A stretch of DNA of 64,000 nucleotides from the NCBI GenBank assembly GCA_027451365.1, contig DAIDJN010000056.1:64001-128000 (forward strand), read 5' to 3'. Both the position numbers and the translations under genes were made by a program. Positions 57,801 through 64,000 of this stretch are shown here, one piece after another. Source of the DNA: Phycisphaerales bacterium (lineage in GTDB: Bacteria; Planctomycetota; Phycisphaerae; WQYP01). A model generated the notes under the pieces. The model was given only the letters and a program-made list of their open reading frames with translations, was not told where the DNA came from and made no database searches. Position 1 is the stretch's first letter. Each line of letters opens with the position of its first letter.

Positions 57801-58748
57801 ATGCCGACGAAATTAAAATCTGCGGAATGGCGCACACCCTGGCGCAATACTTGGGGCGTTGCCCCTTCTATGCGTGCCTTGGGCCCGCGGCGTGTTCAGG
57901 GTCGTGGTTTTACCCTGGTGGAACTTCTTGTGGTGATTTCCATCATTGCTCTTTTAATAGCCATCCTCTTACCTGCGCTGGCCAGAGCCAAAGCATTGGC
58001 GTATAGCATTCAATGTTCCGCGAATCTTCGTGCCATCGGTCAGATCAATGCCGAGTATGTGAGCACATACAGCGGCAGTCTGCCTTTTGGCATGGATACC
58101 TACGGTCCCGGACCGAATGAATATGATTCACTGCTTTTCAGTTATTATATTGATGTTCAACCGAACATCTTCTGGAACAACAGGGGGTCCAATAAGGACT
58201 GGGAACAAAAATATGTCGCGTTCTTCTGGTGTCCATCTCGCGTATTGGCCATGCAGAATCCTTGGGGCATGAATTATGCGTGCAACCCAAATTATTTTGT
58301 TGCCAACAAAGGCGGAAATACCACTTTTCGCGATTCCGATGTGGCTGACCCGGCTGAAGCCGCAGGCGTAGGAGATGCAAATCAGGCCTTCGGAGATGGT
58401 GGATCCTGGATGACGTTTGACTGGCAGCAGACCGGAGCAGCGTCACCATATATTAATGATCAGAGCTATCTTGTTCCGCCGAATGGCCTTTCAGGCGGTG
58501 ATACGGCCAATGTGGATGCGGGACCCAATTTTGTATTTGGCACGGGGCTTCGTTATCGCCACAATCTATTTGCGGCGAACAGTGGGAATGGAAATGTCGT
58601 GTTCCTGGACGATCACGTGGAAAGTCTGAATTTTAATGACAACACCCCAGGCGCGCCCGTAGGAGCCGCAGGTACGATCGGTAATGATTTAACATTAACT
58701 ATTCAAAACATTTACAATCCATTGTTGCCTGCCAGCACGCAACAGTGA
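57801..58748 (+). CDS. Prepilin-type cleavage/methylation protein, paralog of 50813-51577
   Basis: G|FTLVELLVVISIIALLIAILLPALARAK, FWCPSR, GDANQAF, GLRYRH, NVVFLDDHV. AGGAG RBS. Confidence 0.92.
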   Translation: MPTKLKSAEWRTPWRNTWGVAPSMRALGPRRVQGRGFTLVELLVVISIIALLIAILLPALARAKALAYSIQCSANLRAIGQINAEYVSTYSGSLPFGMDTYGPGPNEYDSLLFSYYIDVQPNIFWNNRGSNKDWEQKYVAFFWCPSRVLAMQNPWGMNYACNPNYFVANKGGNTTFRDSDVADPAEAAGVGDANQAFGDGGSWMTFDWQQTGAASPYINDQSYLVPPNGLSGGDTANVDAGPNFVFGTGLRYRHNLFAANSGNGNVVFLDDHVESLNFNDNTPGAPVGAAGTIGNDLTLTIQNIYNPLLPASTQQ

Positions 58749-58810
58749 TCTGACACCACATCGTTCCGCCCGGTGAAGTGAATGGTTAAATGGCTCATTG
58801 GCAACGCCGC

Positions 58811-59473
58811 TTATTTGCGCACAATAAACTTGCCGTACATGCCGGCCTTGGCGTGGGCGGGCATTTGACACAGGTAATAATACGTGCCGGCCTTCTTGCA
58901 GGTGAATGTAACGGTGGAAACCCAATAGCTGGATTGTTTTATATTGCTTCCAGTGCGCGGCATCATCAGCGGAATGCTGGTCAGTTGCCCGGGCAGCGGA
59001 AGCGTCATGACGCCGCCGTAAGGTGGGGCCTTTGTACCAATGGCGATTCCGTGAATCATGCCCGGGCCGTAGTCCATATTCACCAGAGTAAGTCGGATCA
59101 CCGAGCCTGCCGGCACGCTTATCGTTGGGTCCACCAGCTTGTGGACTTCATACGTGGTATCCGGAAAGCCTGGTTCCACGGCCACAAAAACCAGGTGTAT
59201 TTTCCGGCCCGTGAACGTGACCAATTTTGCGGACTTATTCGCCGTTCCGGTGGTATCGTCATGCTTCACCAGCGGAGCGACCTTGGCCCAAGGTAACAAA
59301 ACCTGTCCTTCGGTCGGCTTGACCTTCATATGCATGCCCGGCATGTTGCCCATTCCGGGCATGTTTCCCATGCCGCCCCGCACCTGCGATGGCGCGGCGA
59401 ATTGAATGCCGACAGCGAACAACAGGGCGGCGAGGCCAGCGGATAAGATTGCGGGTTGAGAAATGCGCTTCAT
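58811..59473 (-). CDS. Rusticyanin-like type-1 blue copper protein with Met-rich N terminus
   Basis: Signal peptide; AVEPGFP..YEVH...PTISVPAG, H (MIHG), KAPPY, GTYYYLCQMPAHAKAGMYGKFIV (C-x4-H-x4-M). Confidence 0.88.
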   Translation of the reverse strand: MKRISQPAILSAGLAALLFAVGIQFAAPSQVRGGMGNMPGMGNMPGMHMKVKPTEGQVLLPWAKVAPLVKHDDTTGTANKSAKLVTFTGRKIHLVFVAVEPGFPDTTYEVHKLVDPTISVPAGSVIRLTLVNMDYGPGMIHGIAIGTKAPPYGGVMTLPLPGQLTSIPLMMPRTGSNIKQSSYWVSTVTFTCKKAGTYYYLCQMPAHAKAGMYGKFIVRK

Positions 59474-59537
59474 GACATGACTCCAGTACGGGTTCTTACG
59501 ACAAACCACCACAATGTTGCAGAAAAATCCCATGCAT

Positions 59538-60998
59538 TTAATACTCCGGTTTCGCGGCCGGGCTTGACGGGCCGGGAATGGGAACCGGCGTCTGGCCGGG
59601 ATTGATACCGTCGCGCTGCATGTTGGCGGCGGTGGCGTTTAATGCCAGTTCACCGGGTGGATTCTGATACCAGCCGGGATCATTGTAGGTTGTAATGCCA
59701 TCCCGAACTTTAAGAATCGTGAACATGCCGCCCATATCAATCAGGCCGTGCGGGCCTTTTCCACCCAGCATGGGCGTGCTGTTGGGTATGCTGGGCATAC
59801 CCATGGTCATGCCCATGCCATTCTGCCCCATGGTCATGTAATCGGGCAGAAGCTTTCGCATTTTATGGCCCAGGGTTCCCGGTTTTACACCAATCATGTT
59901 GGGGAAGTTATGGCCCATCTGCGTCATGGCATGGTGTGTCATGTGGCAGTGCATGGCCCAGTCCCCCGGATTACTGGCCACAAATTCCACCGTTCGCGTG
60001 GTACCTACCGGTACCAGAACGGTGGTGGCCGGCTGCCAGGCGCTGCGCGGATATTCGCCGCCATCACTGGCCACAATTTGAAACGAATAGTTATGAAGAT
60101 GAATTGGGTGATGATCCATGGGGCCAAGATTTCCCAGGCGGATGCGTACCCGCTGGCCAGTGCGAACCACCAGCGGATGCGTCGCCGGAAAGGATTTTGC
60201 GTTCATGGTAAATACGTTAAAATCCGTCATTTCCAGCGGGTTCGGCCGGTAAGCGCCCGGGTCAATCCGCCATTCATGAAGCATGATTGCGAAATCCCGG
60301 TCTACCGCACGGTCCGGGGCCGGCGTGCGCGGATGAATAATAAACAGCCCCGTCATGCCCAGGCCGATCTGCGTCATTTCATCAAAATGGGAATGAAACA
60401 TTTTGGTGCCATGGTCCACCAGATTAAATTCATACATATATGTTTCACCCGGCGGAATGGCCTTTTGTGTCAGCCCGGCCATGCCGTCCATGCCGCAGGG
60501 CACATACACGCCGTGCCAGTGTGTGGTGGTGGCCTCCGGAAGCCGATTGGTGACATAGATTCGCACCCGTTCACCCTGCACCGCTTCAAGTACCGGATGA
60601 ATCATGCCATTGTATCCCCAGCATAAAGCCTTAAGCCCGGGGCAGAATTCATTCCACACTTCCATGGCCACCAGATGAAACACTTTCACACCATTTACAA
60701 TTTTCCATGGAATGGTGCCGGAATTGGGGGATTCCACTGGTATATAATCCCGGCCCGGCAGGCCGGGCGCAAGAGGCCTGGCGTAGAGAGCTTTACGCAA
60801 ATCTGCTGTGTCCGGCAGGCCGGTGGAATGATCCGGCGAGTCGGCGTGTGCCGCTTCAACTGCCGCGCCAGCGGTCTGGCCACCGGTGCCCGAACCCAGC
60901 ATGGCTGCGGCGGCACCAGCCGCCACTCCGGATGCCAGCAGATTGCGACGGGATAATCCAGAACGTATGGAAGTTGTGTGGGACATATCTTGTGGCAT
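59538..60998 (-). CDS. Tat-exported two-domain multicopper oxidase
   Basis: SRRNLL Tat signal; HWHG, FHSH, HPIHLH, MHCHMTHHAMTQM; Met-rich C-terminal segment. Confidence 0.93.
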   Translation of the reverse strand: MPQDMSHTTSIRSGLSRRNLLASGVAAGAAAAMLGSGTGGQTAGAAVEAAHADSPDHSTGLPDTADLRKALYARPLAPGLPGRDYIPVESPNSGTIPWKIVNGVKVFHLVAMEVWNEFCPGLKALCWGYNGMIHPVLEAVQGERVRIYVTNRLPEATTTHWHGVYVPCGMDGMAGLTQKAIPPGETYMYEFNLVDHGTKMFHSHFDEMTQIGLGMTGLFIIHPRTPAPDRAVDRDFAIMLHEWRIDPGAYRPNPLEMTDFNVFTMNAKSFPATHPLVVRTGQRVRIRLGNLGPMDHHPIHLHNYSFQIVASDGGEYPRSAWQPATTVLVPVGTTRTVEFVASNPGDWAMHCHMTHHAMTQMGHNFPNMIGVKPGTLGHKMRKLLPDYMTMGQNGMGMTMGMPSIPNSTPMLGGKGPHGLIDMGGMFTILKVRDGITTYNDPGWYQNPPGELALNATAANMQRDGINPGQTPVPIPGPSSPAAKPEY

Positions 60999-61009
60999 AT
61001 ACGGTTTCC

Positions 61010-62506
61010 TTATTCACGAGATTTGGTTGTCTTGGTTCCGATCGGTTTGTGTGTCTGGGGCAATTTAAGGATTTGCGCGGCTGCCGGAAGCCGCCCGCCA
61101 ATGGCGCTTTCCAATGCTGCTCTGGCCATCCAATACTGGCCGGCCGCCTGCACGGCCTTGTGCTCTGCCCGAATTTCATTTTGCCGGGCCAGCAGCAATG
61201 GATATGGCCCGGCGTACATGCCGTTGTAGGACAGTTGGGTTTCTTGCAATATTCTCTGGCGCAGCGGCACCAGAATATTGCGGAAAAAAATGGCGGTATG
61301 ACGGGCCGCGACCAATTTCACCCAACGGCGGCGCACGGTTGCCCGCACGTTGACAGCTATTGCGTCAATTTTTCTGCAATCAGCCAGAAATCTGGCCCGC
61401 GCGCGGGCAATGGCCGGCTGGCCCTGATTAAATATGGGCAGCGGAATGGAAATGGCCGGCCCTAGGGTGCCTGCCACATCGGGATCGCGCACATAATTTA
61501 AGCCTACTGTTGCGCCAGACATGACGCCGGCGGCACCCGCCATTTTCAGCGTGCTCGCCGCCGCAAGCAGTCGGAAACGGGCTGCGCGAATCGCCAGACT
61601 TTGCCGAATAGCCAATGATTCCAGTCCGGCCAACTTCGGATCAACCATGGGCACCGGTGGCAGTTGCGGCTTTATCCGCCAGGAGTCCCGCGGTCCCCAC
61701 AGGCCCATCAGTGCCGTTAGCGTCTGGCGATCTTCCAGCATTCTGGCGCCGGCATTGGCGTATGCGAGCCGGGCCTCCTGGTATACATCCAGCTTCTGGT
61801 CGTAGGGAAGTTGTGCAATATTCCCGGCCTCCCGCAGATGGCGGGCAAATATCGCGCTGTCGTGCGCAGCGGCCCTGACCTGCTTATCCAATTGCCACAG
61901 TTGCTCGTCCATCTGTACCTGATAAAAGGCGGCTTTTACTTTGGCCGCCAGTTGCATGACATCCGCGGCCACGTCAGCTTTTTGTGCGGCAAATGCCGCT
62001 TTGGCAATGCGCTTCCGCGCGCTTAGGAACAGCAGGTCAAGAAATGTCTGGTCTACACTTGCGTCCCACCCGTGGTAAGGTCGCGCCGGAAACCGAAGGT
62101 CGAAAGAAAACACCGGATTTTTCAACAGGCCTGCCTGTACCAGATTTGCTTCGGAAACGCCCAGCTTCTGGTAATCCGCCTGCAATGCCGGACTGTTGAG
62201 CAGGGCGATTTGCACCGCCGCCCCCGCCGAGAGGTTGTGGGACAACAGCCCGGTGACCGCGGCACGAATCTTCTTATCCGCCCGGGCACTGTCATTCCAG
62301 ATAACCTGCCGACCCGTGCGATGGCGTATCGCGCTGGCCAGTGAATGAAATCCCGGTCGCGGTGGCACCGTTGCGCAGCCCGCCAGCAGCAGCCCGCTGA
62401 TAGCCATGGCTGCCTGCGTGATGCGCCGCCCGTGCCGGCGAGGCCATTGCCTGGCGGCTTTGCATATCGTGGTCAGTAAAAATGACGAATTGGATTGTGT
62501 TATCAC
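61010..62506 (-). CDS. TolC family outer-membrane lipoprotein (copper-operon type)
   Basis: Lipobox LAG|C, AVQIALLNSP.LQA, QAGLLKNP, LPIFNQGQ; upstream of the multicopper oxidase. Confidence 0.92.
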   Translation of the reverse strand: MITQSNSSFLLTTICKAARQWPRRHGRRITQAAMAISGLLLAGCATVPPRPGFHSLASAIRHRTGRQVIWNDSARADKKIRAAVTGLLSHNLSAGAAVQIALLNSPALQADYQKLGVSEANLVQAGLLKNPVFSFDLRFPARPYHGWDASVDQTFLDLLFLSARKRIAKAAFAAQKADVAADVMQLAAKVKAAFYQVQMDEQLWQLDKQVRAAAHDSAIFARHLREAGNIAQLPYDQKLDVYQEARLAYANAGARMLEDRQTLTALMGLWGPRDSWRIKPQLPPVPMVDPKLAGLESLAIRQSLAIRAARFRLLAAASTLKMAGAAGVMSGATVGLNYVRDPDVAGTLGPAISIPLPIFNQGQPAIARARARFLADCRKIDAIAVNVRATVRRRWVKLVAARHTAIFFRNILVPLRQRILQETQLSYNGMYAGPYPLLLARQNEIRAEHKAVQAAGQYWMARAALESAIGGRLPAAAQILKLPQTHKPIGTKTTKSRE

Positions 62507-62862
62507 TGAGGGCCTCCCTTCATGTTCATGCCCGGCATGGAACCGATATTCATTTGGGGCGTGGATGTGATGTTTCCGGGCTGTCCGGCTTTTGTCGGTA
62601 CGCCAGAAGTCTTGCCGGCCGCGGACGGAGGTTTTTGTAAAATAGCCACCGGTGGCTCAGCAATTTGCTTATTGGGATGTGCCACATTCAGGAAACCCGT
62701 CGCCGGAATTGCCGGACCGGGCGTGGCCTGCGGATCAGCCGGACCTGCCAAAGCCGCTCTTTCCGTATTGCTTAAGTGGTTGTCGCCTCCCGATTGACTA
62801 CAGCCTGTCACCGGCAGACATGCGGCGCACAAAAGTGCTGGAATAATATACCGTGATTGCAT
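62503..62862 (-). CDS. Small lipoprotein with Met-rich C terminus
   Basis: Lipobox VTG|C, Pro/Ala-rich, ends MNIGSMPGMNMKGGPQ; stop overlaps the TolC start. Confidence 0.7.
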   Translation of the reverse strand: MQSRYIIPALLCAACLPVTGCSQSGGDNHLSNTERAALAGPADPQATPGPAIPATGFLNVAHPNKQIAEPPVAILQKPPSAAGKTSGVPTKAGQPGNITSTPQMNIGSMPGMNMKGGPQ

Positions 62863-62950
62863 ACAGCCTCGCGGAAAAACTGCGGAAAAAAATGCGTTAC
62901 AGTCGCCGGCGCGAACCGGCGGAAAAAACAAAGTGTGCGCCCCGAATGTA

Positions 62951-63388
62951 TCAGATAATCAGTGCGCAGTGCTGCGACAACAGCGATTGCCGCTGGCGAG
63001 CGGTCAATGGAAGCGCGGGAGTCGCCCCACGCGCTTGTGAAATGGCAGAAATGTTTTTCAAGCGGTCATGGGTCAGCCACGTCAAAAGACTCGGCGCGGT
63101 CGGAGGGGCAATTTCAATTTTGCGGATGGACAGTGTGCGCGCAACCAGTTGATGGCAATCACAGTCTGGAACGCCGCTGCGCCATGCCGGGATTGACCCG
63201 ACAGTTGAATTGCCAGCGATTATTTCATGGTTGGAACGGGCGACCGAAGCGTGGCAGCGGCAGCGATTGAACCCAAGTCCAAACGACAGGCACAATGCCG
63301 TGATCAGAATGTATTTAAGCGCAGCGCACATGAAGAAAGTGTAGAAACGGCGCTGTGGATTGTCAAATTTATCGCGGCGCATATTCAT
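62951..63388 (-). CDS. Hypothetical Cys/His-containing protein heading the copper operon
   Basis: One hydrophobic segment, CRCH and CDCH motifs, C-terminal LLSQHCALII. Start uncertain (63331 would avoid the overlap). Confidence 0.55.
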   Translation of the reverse strand: MNMRRDKFDNPQRRFYTFFMCAALKYILITALCLSFGLGFNRCRCHASVARSNHEIIAGNSTVGSIPAWRSGVPDCDCHQLVARTLSIRKIEIAPPTAPSLLTWLTHDRLKNISAISQARGATPALPLTARQRQSLLSQHCALII

Positions 63389-64000
63389 TGCGAAGACAGC
63401 GAACCTTACCCTGTTTATTTATCACCAGATGCGCTATCTGGATATAAGACCGGCGGCCGAATTGGGTGAAATAAAACAGCACGCATTGTCCCTTTTGCGT
63501 GATGACCGCCGGATGGTGTCCTGGTGCGTTATCCAGCGTTCGCCTTCCGGTGGCGCCAGCCAGCACGGTGGCGTTGTATACCCAGTGTCCGGTGCCGGAT
63601 TTTGATCGGTAAACTCGCAGGCCACGACCCGCGTCGGTAATCAGCCAGTAGGCATGATGCCATCGCCATACAAAGGGCGCTTCCTGACTGGGCCACGCCA
63701 CAACCTGCCGGTCATCATGCCAGTGATTCAGATGATCTGATTCCGCCATCCAGATGTGTGATCCATGATGTTCGTCCTTGTACCACATGTACCATTTTCC
63801 ATGAATTTTCCACAATGTGGGGTCAATACAACGGGCCGAAGACAGCGGCACTGTGGAAATAAATTTCCAGTCGATGCCGTTTTTGCTGGCAAAATGTTCA
63901 ATCGTGGCACGGCCCGTCCAGCTGGTAAAAATGCCGTGCACTTTCACCACAAACATTTGCAGTACTCCCTTTTGCCAGGCAAAACAGGGGGCCCACCACG
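63369..64000 (-). CDS. GH43-like five-bladed beta-propeller glycoside hydrolase, 5' end outside the window
   Basis: Frame is open to the window edge (WWAPCFAW...); WAP, IDP, WYMWYKDE, EAPFVW and HPAV motifs. Confidence 0.75.
   Translation of the reverse strand, partial: WWAPCFAWQKGVLQMFVVKVHGIFTSWTGRATIEHFASKNGIDWKFISTVPLSSARCIDPTLWKIHGKWYMWYKDEHHGSHIWMAESDHLNHWHDDRQVVAWPSQEAPFVWRWHHAYWLITDAGRGLRVYRSKSGTGHWVYNATVLAGATGRRTLDNAPGHHPAVITQKGQCVLFYFTQFGRRSYIQIAHLVINKQGKVRCLRNEYAPR

Noticed and set aside
1..64000. CRISPR array, rRNA or long tandem repeats
   Set aside because: No regularly spaced repeats or rRNA-like sequence found by eye, and nearly all the sequence is accounted for by genes.

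Overview
A 64 kb bacterial chromosomal segment. Its gene content points to Planctomycetota, probably Phycisphaerae: PEP-CTERM proteins, three prepilin H-X9-DG/DUF1559-type proteins, fused LpxC-FabZ and futalosine-pathway MqnA. Several genes suggest an acidic, sulfur- and metal-rich habitat (inference). In order, the window holds a FIST/histidine kinase/REC-PAS-GGDEF-EAL signalling operon, MarR-EmrB efflux, mqnA, tRNA-Leu, and a two-gene sulfur-compound locus. Next come a rhomboid-like protein with a Zn finger, a SWIM-SNF2 helicase, a prepilin with a large beta-rich insert, and a decayed Fic gene. These are followed by the bamA-skp-lpxD-lpxC/fabZ-lpxA-gnnA-like envelope operon, tRNA-Val, a NUDIX gene, tRNA-Ser, a DEAD-box helicase, ppdK, floA/yqfB-like genes and lpdA. 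The end has a LacI-led glycan-utilisation locus (2 PEP-CTERM, 2 prepilins, GH-A + CBM, free CBM, GH16-Fn3-malectin), a copper operon (lipoprotein, TolC, two-domain multicopper oxidase, rusticyanin-like cupredoxin) and a truncated GH43-like gene. The best candidate for an undescribed system is 11405-14321: a Tat-exported DsrE-like protein followed by an oxyanion-binding protein fused to a TsdA-type dihaem thiosulfate dehydrogenase. No CRISPR array, rRNA or intact mobile element was seen. All family calls come from motif recognition by eye, not from database searches.
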